Positions 35,033 to 43,624 of a stretch of 44,078 bases of DNA are shown piece after piece. The translations under genes were made by a program, and so were the position numbers. The stretch is taken from positions 1-44,078 of the IMG/VR virus record IMGVR_UViG_3300030095_005636. One strand, written 5' to 3'. Positions within the stretch are counted from its first letter, which is position 1; the number at the start of each line of letters is the position of its first letter. The notes beneath the pieces are model-generated. The model saw nothing but the letters and a program-made list of their open reading frames with translations, did not search any database and was not told the DNA's origin. The DNA is from a virus (lineage: Duplodnaviria > Caudoviricetes).

Positions 35033-35361
35033 TGTCAGAAGATGCAATAAAAAAAAAAGAAAAGTTTAAAATACTATCAGAGATGTTTGGTGGTCCTACT
35101 ACCATGTCTGAACTTATTATGGGTAAGAAGAAGTCTAGAGGCAGACGCTTACAACATGAAGATATTGATCGGTTTCAATCAAAGTTTAGAAACTACAGAA
35201 AAGATTTTAGACCGCGAGATAAATATAATATTTTTGCAAAGAAAATTCCAAGTATACAATCAATAATAGAGAAGGAAGATAAACCTCTTAAATTGAAAAA
35301 GGGAGACTTCGTAACTGCAAAATGTAAACTCGGTAAGAATAAACCAACAAGGTTAAGTTAA
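35032..35361 (+). CDS. Basic hypothetical protein
   Basis: Coupled between terL and portal; C-terminal AKCKLGKNKPT. Confidence 0.7.
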   Translation: MSEDAIKKKEKFKILSEMFGGPTTMSELIMGKKKSRGRRLQHEDIDRFQSKFRNYRKDFRPRDKYNIFAKKIPSIQSIIEKEDKPLKLKKGDFVTAKCKLGKNKPTRLS

Positions 35362-37694
35362 TGGCTGAAGAAAAAGATTTGGAGCAAGAAGAGGCTCAAC
35401 AAGAACCTGTAGATTTTGAAATAGAAAACACAGAGGAAATGGCAGAGGCTCCTCAAGAGGCTCAAGTTGAAGAAGATGATTTTTATGCAAATCTTTCAGA
35501 AGATATGGATGAACGAGTTTTAACTTCTTTGGCGAATGAATTAATTTCAGAATATAAAAAAGATAGAGAGTCCCGAAGCGATTGGGAAAAGTCCTATACT
35601 TCTGGTTTAGATTTATTAGGATTTAAGTATAGTGAATCGGGTCAACCTTTTAAGGGAGCAAGTGGAGTGACTCATCCTTTGTTGTCTGAAGCCGTTACTC
35701 AATTTCAAGCACAAGCTTACAAAGAACTTCTTCCGAGTGATGGTCCAGTAAGAACGCATGTTGTTGGAGAAGTTTCTCCACAAAGAGAACAACAAGCGGA
35801 TCGTGTAAAAGAATTTATGAATTATATGATTATGGAAAAGATGGAGGAGTACACTCCAGAATTTGATCAATTATTATTTTATCTACCTCTGGCAGGTTCA
35901 TCTTTTAAAAAAATATATTATGACAGTATGCTCCAAAGAGCCGTGAGCAAATTTATACCGGCAGAAGATTTAGTGGTGCCGTATTATGCGACTGATTTAA
36001 ATGACTGTGAGAGAATCACACATGTGGTCAAGATGACTGAGAATGATATTTTAAAAAAACAAAAGTCTGGTTTTTATAGAGATGTAAATGTTTCTCCTTC
36101 TGACGAAGATGATGAGATTCAGGATAAATATAATTCTATGGAGGGTGTAGAAAGAAACAGTCAGTATGATAGTCAGTATAATATTTTGGAGATGCATGTT
36201 GATTTGGACTTAGCAGAATATGAAGTTGACAATTCAGAAAAAAATGTAAAGGTTCCGTACATTGTTACGATTGACGAAGGCTCACAAGAAGTGTTAAGTA
36301 TCTATCGTAATTTTGCTAGTGACGATCCAATTTTAAAACGTAAAGAATATTTTGTACATTACAAGTTTTTACCGGGTCTAGGGTTTTATGGCTTTGGTTT
36401 AATACATATGATTGGTGGTTTATCTAAAACGGCAACGGCTGCACTTCGCCAGCTTCTCGATGCAGGGACCTTGAGTAACTTACCTGCAGGATTTAAGTCA
36501 AGAGGACTTAGAATTAGAGATGATGACCAGCCTTTTCAACCCGGAGAGTTTAGAGATGTAGATGCTCCTGGTGGAAATATCAAAGATCAATTTCAATTAC
36601 TGCCTTTTAAAGAGCCGAGTCCTACTTTATTTCAATTGTTAGGATTTGTAGTACAAGCGGGGCAACGATTTGCTTCAATTGCTGACATGGCGGTTGGAAA
36701 TGACACTCAAAATCGAGCCGTGGGTACAACAGTGGCTCTCATGGAGCGCGGTTCAAGGGTCATGAGTGCGATTCATAAGCGTTGTTACTACTCAATGCGT
36801 CAAGAATTTAGACTTTTAGCTAAAGTTTTTGGAACATATCTACCTCCTTCGTATCCATATGCAGTTTATGGTGGAAATCGCATGATAAAAGTTGCAGATT
36901 TCAGTGAAGAGGTTGATGTTATCCCAGTTGCAGACCCTAATATTTTTTCTATGGCTCAAAGAGTGACATTAGCGCAGACTCAGTTACAAATTGCGCAGAC
37001 AAATCCAGCCATGCACAATTTAAGAGAGGCTTATAGACGAGTTTATGAGTCATTGGGAACAAAACAGATAGATAATTTATTAAAACCAGAAACACCACCG
37101 ATTCCAAAAGATCCTGGGATTGAAAATGCAGAAGCTTTACGAACTCAAGTGCCAAAAGCATACCCACAACAGAATCACGATGCGCATATTGCGAGTCATG
37201 CTGCTTTTATTAGGACACGAATGGTGCAAATTAACCCAGTGGTATATGCTTTACTTCAAGCGCACATATCAGAGCACATTTCTTTAAAAGCAAGAGCCCA
37301 GACTGTGGCATTAGTGCTTCAGAAACCAGAATTTTTAGAAATGCAGAAAAAAGATCCACAAAGATTTCAAATAGAGTTTGATTCGGCACTGGCGCAAAGA
37401 ATTGCTGTATTGACTGTAGAGTTACAACAGGCAGAACAAGGAACTGAGAAACCAGACGAGTTAGTGTTATTGAAACAAAGAGAATTAGATTTAAAAGCGA
37501 TGGACTTGCAACGAAAAGCGCAAGAATTTGCCGTTGAAGAACAAAGAAAAGGTCAAGAATTTGATGAGCGCCTTGATTTAGACAAAATGAAACGTGAAGA
37601 TGCTGAAGAAGCGGGTAAGGACAGAATAAAAATTGGTGAAGAGAAGATAAACTTACAAAAAGAAAAGTTGAGGCAAGATGTTCAAAAAAGGTAA
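35361..37694 (+). CDS. Portal protein
   Basis: 777 aa following terL; HPLLSEAVTQFQAQA, GFYGFGLIH, QLLDAGTLSN motifs; C-terminal coiled coil. Confidence 0.9.
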   Translation: MAEEKDLEQEEAQQEPVDFEIENTEEMAEAPQEAQVEEDDFYANLSEDMDERVLTSLANELISEYKKDRESRSDWEKSYTSGLDLLGFKYSESGQPFKGASGVTHPLLSEAVTQFQAQAYKELLPSDGPVRTHVVGEVSPQREQQADRVKEFMNYMIMEKMEEYTPEFDQLLFYLPLAGSSFKKIYYDSMLQRAVSKFIPAEDLVVPYYATDLNDCERITHVVKMTENDILKKQKSGFYRDVNVSPSDEDDEIQDKYNSMEGVERNSQYDSQYNILEMHVDLDLAEYEVDNSEKNVKVPYIVTIDEGSQEVLSIYRNFASDDPILKRKEYFVHYKFLPGLGFYGFGLIHMIGGLSKTATAALRQLLDAGTLSNLPAGFKSRGLRIRDDDQPFQPGEFRDVDAPGGNIKDQFQLLPFKEPSPTLFQLLGFVVQAGQRFASIADMAVGNDTQNRAVGTTVALMERGSRVMSAIHKRCYYSMRQEFRLLAKVFGTYLPPSYPYAVYGGNRMIKVADFSEEVDVIPVADPNIFSMAQRVTLAQTQLQIAQTNPAMHNLREAYRRVYESLGTKQIDNLLKPETPPIPKDPGIENAEALRTQVPKAYPQQNHDAHIASHAAFIRTRMVQINPVVYALLQAHISEHISLKARAQTVALVLQKPEFLEMQKKDPQRFQIEFDSALAQRIAVLTVELQQAEQGTEKPDELVLLKQRELDLKAMDLQRKAQEFAVEEQRKGQEFDERLDLDKMKREDAEEAGKDRIKIGEEKINLQKEKLRQDVQKR

Positions 37695-38406
37695 ACGATT
37701 TGGAGCCCCTCCTATGAAAGGACCGCAACCTCAAGGTATGAATAGTGGTAGACTGGTTGAACCTAAACTCAAACAACGTCCAGTAAAAAAAATTCAAACT
37801 TTGCCATCGGGAAGAACAGAGAACAGAACAGAATACAGCAAAACAATTAAAACAAAAAAAGGTTTTACAAATGTTCCTTCCATTTATAATGGCAAAGAAT
37901 TAAATGAAGAGGCATTGACAAAAATGTACAGTAAAACCAAAACAGATCCTTCAACCAATCGCAGAGTTAAAACCTATAAAACTGCAAAAGAAGCAGTTAC
38001 TGCTGCTATAAGAAGAAGTAATCAAATTGTTAGAAGAAATAAAGGTGGTACAACTGATGGAGCTGAATTTGTAAAATTTTTTGGACAACAATTTAATCAA
38101 AACAAAGATAAAGTTTTGAAAGAAGCTGTCACAGGTCTTTTTAAAAGAGATTTTAAATCTCGTTTTAAGAACAGAATGAATCAAGCCTTTACTGATTTTG
38201 AAAAACAAAAAAAAGGGTCTTCTTATGGAAATAGTTTTGTAGGGTACACTCCTAGTAAAAAAGAAACAGGTATTACTACGAAAGAAACTATGGGTTTAAA
38301 AGTAGGTGGTATGGGTTGTCCTCATAGAGAGATGGGGGTCAAAAGTGACATTAAAGGTATTAGCCCCATACAGTTAAAAGGTAAAAAATTTATAGGAGTA
38401 AAATAA
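37678..38406 (+). CDS. Basic head-module protein
   Basis: GAPPMKGPQPQG N-terminus, FTNVPSIYNG, C-terminal KGKKFIGVK. Confidence 0.7.
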   Translation: MFKKGKRFGAPPMKGPQPQGMNSGRLVEPKLKQRPVKKIQTLPSGRTENRTEYSKTIKTKKGFTNVPSIYNGKELNEEALTKMYSKTKTDPSTNRRVKTYKTAKEAVTAAIRRSNQIVRRNKGGTTDGAEFVKFFGQQFNQNKDKVLKEAVTGLFKRDFKSRFKNRMNQAFTDFEKQKKGSSYGNSFVGYTPSKKETGITTKETMGLKVGGMGCPHREMGVKSDIKGISPIQLKGKKFIGVK

Positions 38407-38804
38407 TGATCGCAGAAAGTGTAATCGGTGTAGCCGGTAAAATTCTAGACAAGTTTGTCGAGGACAAAGATTTAAAAACAAAGATAGAAGGAGAGTTAAG
38501 AAAACAAACTTTGGCTCTATCTCAAGAACAAGCAAAAGCAAACACAGAACAAGCGAAACATCCATCGTTATTTGTTTCAGGAGCTAGACCTGCTATTATG
38601 TGGATTTGTGCTTTAGGTTTGTTTACTAATTTTTTTATATTACCTATTGCAGAATGGGCGTGTGCTATTTGGGCCCCTAGTGTTCAATTACCGAATCTTC
38701 AGACAGGTGAACTTATGTCTTTGACCCTTGCATTACTCGGATTAGGCGGCATGCGCAGCTTTGAAAAGAGTAAAGGGGTTGCAAGAAAAAATTTAAAAGA
38801 GTAA
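38406..38804 (+). CDS. Holin (GTA 3TM holin family)
   Basis: LFVSGARPAIMWIC...LLGLGGMRSFEK signature with TM helices. Confidence 0.8.
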   Translation: MIAESVIGVAGKILDKFVEDKDLKTKIEGELRKQTLALSQEQAKANTEQAKHPSLFVSGARPAIMWICALGLFTNFFILPIAEWACAIWAPSVQLPNLQTGELMSLTLALLGLGGMRSFEKSKGVARKNLKE

Positions 38805-38842
38805 AATGATTTTGATTTGTTTAACTTTAACCGGAGAATGTT

Positions 38843-38923
38843 ATGAATCTATGGTCACAACCAAAAATTACTGAAATATCAGTAGGACTAGAAATTAATT
38901 CTTACGCATGTGCGGAGAAGTAA
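38843..38923 (+). CDS. pqqA: Pyrroloquinoline quinone precursor peptide PqqA (26 aa, not in ORF track)
   Basis: MNLWSQPKITEISVGLEINSYACAEK*: WxxP...E...GxExxxY PqqA signature; GGAGA RBS at 38833-38837. Confidence 0.88.
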   Translation: MNLWSQPKITEISVGLEINSYACAEK

Positions 38924-38963
38924 TTTGTTATATTTATATTGTTTTTATTTAAGTTAATTTAGG

Positions 38964-38992
38964 ATAGGGTGTGTAGAGCACCCTATTTTTTT
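38964..38992 (+). terminator. Intrinsic terminator after pqqA
   Basis: ATAGGGTG-loop-CACCCTAT followed by a T run. Confidence 0.8.
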
Positions 38993-39124
38993 ATGGCAAA
39001 AAAACAAACACAAGTTTCTTATAGTCCTTGTAAGAAGACAAGAAGAAGACACAAACCTTTAGGGTTTAGACATCGTAAAAAATTAGGGCCTAAGTCACAT
39101 TTAAGAATATTTAAACATGCTTGA
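38993..39124 (+). CDS. 43-aa highly basic peptide (not in ORF track)
   Basis: MAKKQTQVSYSPCKKTRRRHKPLGFRHRKKLGPKSHLRIFKHA*; overlaps the next start. Confidence 0.55.
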   Translation: MAKKQTQVSYSPCKKTRRRHKPLGFRHRKKLGPKSHLRIFKHA

Positions 39125-39326
39125 TATTGATACAGTACAAAATATAAGACACTATATTAAGAAGAGATTAGCAGAAACAAAAGAGGATATTGTATACAGT
39201 ATAGACACAATTGAAAAACTACAGTATGCTAAAGGCAAGCTCAGTGCATATGAATCACTGCTTCAGGATCTAAAAGACCTGCAAAAAAGAGAGGATATTT
39301 TCAATGAAGACATTGATAAAACCTGA
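39117..39326 (+). CDS. Hypothetical head-module protein
   Basis: Helical 69-aa ORF (Y.KG...Y) preceding GroES. Confidence 0.7.
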   Translation: MLDIDTVQNIRHYIKKRLAETKEDIVYSIDTIEKLQYAKGKLSAYESLLQDLKDLQKREDIFNEDIDKT

Positions 39327-39729
39327 ACGATTCTCACAGGAAGATAATGAGGACGCAAATATTCCAAAAGGACCAAAAGAAATTGAGGAATATATAAAGA
39401 AACTACCCAATCCAGTTGGATACAGACTTTTAATCAGACCTTGGTCTGGTCACAAAAAAACAAAAGGCGGTATTCTACTCTCCGAACAAACTCAAGAAAA
39501 CATTCAAATGACAACTGTTGTTGGTGTTGTAATCAAGATGGGTGATTTGTGCTATCAAGATAAAACAAAGTTTCCAACAGGCCCTTGGTGTAAAGAAGGT
39601 CAATTTATTGTCTATGGACGTTATGCAGGAGCACGATTTAAAACAAAATACGGAGAGCATCGCATTTTAAATGATGATGAAATTATTGGAACAATTGAAA
39701 AACCCGAGGATATCCTCGCATTATTTTAG
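39304..39729 (+). CDS. groES: Co-chaperonin GroES-like protein
   Basis: PVGYRLLI...TKGGILL...GVVIKMG...YAG...ILNDDEIIG. Confidence 0.88.
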   Translation: MKTLIKPERFSQEDNEDANIPKGPKEIEEYIKKLPNPVGYRLLIRPWSGHKKTKGGILLSEQTQENIQMTTVVGVVIKMGDLCYQDKTKFPTGPWCKEGQFIVYGRYAGARFKTKYGEHRILNDDEIIGTIEKPEDILALF

Positions 39730-39739
39730 GAGATAATAA

Positions 39740-40687
39740 ATGGCCGAAGAAAACCTAGTTGAGTTGGATACAGATGACGTTAAAGAAGAAACTATATCCA
39801 CACCTATTCAAGTAAAAGAAGAACCAGTTAAAACAGAAGAAGTGGATTTAGGGTACACAGACCCTATTCAAAAAAATGTTAAGGCTACTTCAAAAGAAGA
39901 AACCACCAAAGAAGAAACGACAACAGAAAAACCAAAAACAGAAAATTTAGAGGAAGTTACAACTTCTGTACAAAAAAGAATAGATAATCTTACAAGAAAA
40001 TATAGAGAAGCAGAACGAAGAGAAAAAGCGGCTTTAGATTATGCAAAAGGATTACAAAAAAAATATTCAGACACTGACAAAAAACTACACTCAGTTGATG
40101 AAAATTATCTTAAAGAGTTTGAAGGGCGAGTAGACGCTCAAAGAGAACAAGTCAAAAACAATTTAAAAATTGCAATTGAAAATAATGATACTGATAAAAT
40201 TATGGAAGCTAATGATGCTTTGACACGATTAGCTGTTGAAAAAGAAAAAGCTAAAATACATCAAGAACAAAGAAAAGAAAGAATAGAAACACAAAAACAA
40301 GAAGAAGAAAATAAACCTAAAGAGGTTGCGCAACCTCCACAACCTACGCCTTCTCCTGCTACACCTCGTGCAAAACAGTGGGCAGAAGAAAACAAATGGT
40401 TTGGAGATGATAAAGTTATGACCAATGCTGCTTTTGGAATTCATCAAGATTTAGTGGAGCAGGGGTTTGACGCGGAGTCAGAAGACTATTACAATGAAAT
40501 TGACAAACAAGTAAGGGATTATTTTCCTCACAAGTTTGCTACTGAAAAGAAACCCGTACAAACTGTTGCCTCTGCGGGGCGTAAACAGGAAGGACGCAAA
40601 ACAGTGAAGCTCACCCGCTCACAAGTGGCTATTGCCAAAAAACTAGGGGTGCCACTAGAAGAATACGCAAAATTCGTGAAGGAGTAA
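39740..40687 (+). CDS. Capsid scaffolding protein
   Basis: Acidic coiled coil; W...N.WFG; C-terminal LT.SQVAIAKKLGVPLEEYAK; lies upstream of the capsid gene. Confidence 0.75.
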   Translation: MAEENLVELDTDDVKEETISTPIQVKEEPVKTEEVDLGYTDPIQKNVKATSKEETTKEETTTEKPKTENLEEVTTSVQKRIDNLTRKYREAERREKAALDYAKGLQKKYSDTDKKLHSVDENYLKEFEGRVDAQREQVKNNLKIAIENNDTDKIMEANDALTRLAVEKEKAKIHQEQRKERIETQKQEEENKPKEVAQPPQPTPSPATPRAKQWAEENKWFGDDKVMTNAAFGIHQDLVEQGFDAESEDYYNEIDKQVRDYFPHKFATEKKPVQTVASAGRKQEGRKTVKLTRSQVAIAKKLGVPLEEYAKFVKE

Positions 40688-40691
40688 AAAA

Positions 40692-41162
40692 ATGAATGAA
40701 AAAATAGAAAGAACCTCACGCGTGTCACAAGAGAATAAGCCAAAAAGGAATAAACCTTGGACACCACCATCAAGTTTAGATGCACCCCCTGCACCGAAAG
40801 GGTACAAGCACAGATGGATTAGAACTGAGTTTATGGGAGCCCAGGATACGGGTAATGTTTCAAAAAAACTCAGAGAAGGATGGGAATTTGTAAGATCCGA
40901 GGAGGTTATGAACCAACTTGGTGATCACGACTATCCAGTAATCCAGAATGGCAGTTACAAGGGGTTAATCGGGGTTGGTGGCCTTGTGTTGGCAAGGATA
41001 CCTGAAGAAATTGTTGAGCAACGTAAAGAGTATTTTAAAAAAATAACCTCTGACCAAGTAAAAGCCGTTGATCAAGATATTCTTAGGGAACAACGACCAG
41101 AGATGCCTGTTAATGTTGATAGGCAGTCTCGTGTAACTTTTGGTGGTGGTCGTAAGTCATAG
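40692..41162 (+). CDS. Conserved head-module protein
   Basis: WTPPSSLDAPPAP.GY.HRWIR...REGWEFV...IGVGGLVLARIP. Confidence 0.75.
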   Translation: MNEKIERTSRVSQENKPKRNKPWTPPSSLDAPPAPKGYKHRWIRTEFMGAQDTGNVSKKLREGWEFVRSEEVMNQLGDHDYPVIQNGSYKGLIGVGGLVLARIPEEIVEQRKEYFKKITSDQVKAVDQDILREQRPEMPVNVDRQSRVTFGGGRKS

Positions 41163-41228
41163 TTTTTTGATAAAAGCCATCGCGGTAAGTAATTGTTTAA
41201 TAATAACGCCTAATTAAGGAGATTACAT

Positions 41229-41828
41229 ATGGCAAACGTAAGTGAAAAATTTGGTCTAAGACCTTATAAGTCACTCAATGGTGCTCCGTGGAATAACGCT
41301 CAGAATAGGTATACTATTGCAAGCAATTATGGTACAGCAATTTTCCAAGGTGACTTGGTAGTTCCAACTGCAGCAGGAAACATTGAAAGATATGATGTTA
41401 CTGCAAGTAGTGGTGCTGTTAAACCCATAGGTGTGTTCAATGGTGTATTTTACACTGACCCTACTACGAAGAAACCAACTTTTAGTAACTATTATCCTGC
41501 TAATATTGTAGCTAGTGATATTGTTGCTAATGTGATTGATGATCCTAACACGTTGTTTTTAGTTGATTCAGACGAAGCTATGACAAGAGCAGGTCTGTTT
41601 ATTGGTTACAAAACAACTAACGTAACAGGAAACACAGCAACCGGCATATCTAAAGTACAACTCGATACAAGTACTGCAGATTCTACTAATGCAATTCCAT
41701 TGCAAGCAGTAGATATAAGCCAAGATGTTAACAATGAAGATACTGCCTCAGCAAATACAAATGTTGTGGTAAGAATTCAAAACCATTTTCTGAATCCGCC
41801 ATCAGCGGCTGCAGATACTGGCGTATAG
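41229..41828 (+). CDS. Putative capsid decoration / minor capsid protein
   Basis: FGLRP, IFQGDLV, GVFNG; immediately upstream of the major capsid gene. Confidence 0.7.
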   Translation: MANVSEKFGLRPYKSLNGAPWNNAQNRYTIASNYGTAIFQGDLVVPTAAGNIERYDVTASSGAVKPIGVFNGVFYTDPTTKKPTFSNYYPANIVASDIVANVIDDPNTLFLVDSDEAMTRAGLFIGYKTTNVTGNTATGISKVQLDTSTADSTNAIPLQAVDISQDVNNEDTASANTNVVVRIQNHFLNPPSAAADTGV

Positions 41829-41839
41829 GGAGATAAAAT

Positions 41840-42751
41840 ATGGCTATTTCAAGATCACAATTGGTCAAAGAGTTAGAACCAGGTTTAAACGCTCTCTTTG
41901 GCTTAGAATACAATAAATACGAAAACGAACATGCAGAAATCTTCGCTACAGAAGCATCTGATAGAGCTTTTGAAGAAGAAGTAATGCTTACTGGTTTCGG
42001 AAGTGCTCCAGTTAAAAATGAAGGTGCAGCGGTTACATTTGACCAAGCATCTGAATCTTTTACTGCGAGATACACTCACGAAACTATTGCAATGGCATTT
42101 GCTATTACAGAAGAAGCAATTGAAGATAATTTGTACGACAGATTAGCTGCACGATACACAAGAGCACTTGCTCGTTCAATGGCAAACACTAAGCAGGTAA
42201 AAGCTGCTAACGTACTTAATAATGCCTTTAACTCTAGCTTTGCTGGAGGAGATGGTAAAGAATTATGTGCGACTGACCACCCAATTGCAACAGGTGGAAC
42301 ATTTGCTAATGAATTATCTGTAGCTGCAGATTTATCAGAGACTTCTTTAGAGCAGTCTATGATTGATATTGCTGCATTTGTAGATGAAAGAGGGTTAAAG
42401 ATTGCTATGCAAGGAGCGAAGTTGGTTATACCAAAAGAACTTCAGTTCACTGCAGAAAGAATCTTAAAAACTCCACAAAGAGTTGGTACTGCAGATAATG
42501 ACATAAACGCAATGGCTTCTATGGGAATGATCCCACAAGGCTATAGAGTCAATCATTATTTAACAGATACTGATGCTTTCTTCATTATGACGGATGCTCC
42601 TAACGGCATGAAAATGTTTGTTAGAAGTCCAATTAAAACTGCTGTTGAAGGTGACTTTGACACAGGTAACGTAAGATTTAAGGCAAGAGAGAGATATTCA
42701 TTTGGTTTCTCTGATCCTAGAGGAATTTTTGGTTCTCCAGGAGCTGCTTAA
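41840..42751 (+). CDS. Major capsid protein (Mu gpT-like HK97 fold)
   Basis: MAISRSQLVKELEPGLNALFGLEY...ITEEAIEDNLY...KARERYSFG.SDPR; followed by a terminator. Confidence 0.93.
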   Translation: MAISRSQLVKELEPGLNALFGLEYNKYENEHAEIFATEASDRAFEEEVMLTGFGSAPVKNEGAAVTFDQASESFTARYTHETIAMAFAITEEAIEDNLYDRLAARYTRALARSMANTKQVKAANVLNNAFNSSFAGGDGKELCATDHPIATGGTFANELSVAADLSETSLEQSMIDIAAFVDERGLKIAMQGAKLVIPKELQFTAERILKTPQRVGTADNDINAMASMGMIPQGYRVNHYLTDTDAFFIMTDAPNGMKMFVRSPIKTAVEGDFDTGNVRFKARERYSFGFSDPRGIFGSPGAA

Positions 42752-42772
42752 ATATTTTTTGTTAAAGTTAAG

Positions 42773-42800
42773 AAGGGGGACTTACGAGTCCCCTTTTTTA
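42773..42800 (+). terminator. Intrinsic terminator after the major capsid gene
   Basis: GGGGACT-TACG-AGTCCCC followed by a T run. Confidence 0.88.
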
Positions 42801-42816
42801 TTGTATAATATATTTA

Positions 42817-42887
42817 CCAAGATAATATTAATCGTAATGTAGACTGACTTGGCAGACAAACCTAGAGGACTACATTATATAGCTAGG
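42817..42887 (+). ncRNA. Structured RNA downstream of the major capsid gene, probably the Mu-gpT-DE motif
   Basis: CCAAG/CTTGG, TAATGTAG/CTACATTA and CCTAG/CTAGG pairings around GACTGAC...GCAGAC; located downstream of a gpT-like capsid gene. Confidence 0.6.
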
Positions 42888-42895
42888 AGAAAAAA

Positions 42896-43615
42896 ATGGC
42901 AGGTGTACATTTTACAGGACCAATTCTTTTCGCAGGAAAAAACAATGAAAAGAAATGGTTTGAAAATTTACCAATTGATAAAAACCCAGACTATGTAGTT
43001 TATTTTGATGACTTTGATAGAATCGGATTTGATTCTAACACAGGTCACAGATGGACTGTTGTAAAAGATTCAGGCGCGTCCGTTGCGATTGCCGCAGATC
43101 AACTTAATGGTTTGGTAAATTTAAATTCAACAGCAACTACCGATAATGATGGAGCTTCTATTCAAAAGAATGAAATCTTTCAGGTACAAGCTAATAAAGA
43201 TTTATGGTTTGAAACAAAAGTTAGAACTTCAGATGTAACACAAACAGACTTATGTTTTGGTTTCACAGTTAATTTTGCATCAAACCCTGAAGCTATGCTT
43301 GCAGCTGCAGATAGAATTGTGTTTCAAAAAGATGATGGAGATGCATCACTTCTTTGCAAAACTGAAAAAGATGGCACAGAAACTTCAACAGATTCTGGTA
43401 TTGATATGACTAATGATACAGATGTTACATTAAGTATTCGTTGTCAAAGCACAGGTAAAGTTGATTTTTTTGTTAATAGAAATTTAGTTGCAACTCATAC
43501 AGATAATATTCCCACTGATGAAATTTTAACAATAGCGGCATTGTCTTTATCAGGTGATGCATCTGGAACTAAAGTTACATCAATTGATTATATGTTTGCT
43601 GCATCTGATAGATAG
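42896..43615 (+). CDS. Virion structural protein (beta-sandwich / lectin-like)
   Basis: HFTGP N-terminus, YFDDF, beta-rich, C-terminal IDYMFAASDR; AGGAG RBS. Confidence 0.7.
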   Translation: MAGVHFTGPILFAGKNNEKKWFENLPIDKNPDYVVYFDDFDRIGFDSNTGHRWTVVKDSGASVAIAADQLNGLVNLNSTATTDNDGASIQKNEIFQVQANKDLWFETKVRTSDVTQTDLCFGFTVNFASNPEAMLAAADRIVFQKDDGDASLLCKTEKDGTETSTDSGIDMTNDTDVTLSIRCQSTGKVDFFVNRNLVATHTDNIPTDEILTIAALSLSGDASGTKVTSIDYMFAASDR

Positions 43616-43624
43616 GAGTAAATT

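Noticed and set aside
37231-37797. 188-aa minus-strand ORF opposite the portal gene
   Set aside because: Antisense shadow of a coiled-coil coding region with no motif or RBS. The same applies to 2043-2288, 5411-5674, 20082-20444, 34655-34936, 41728-42075 and 43703-43978.
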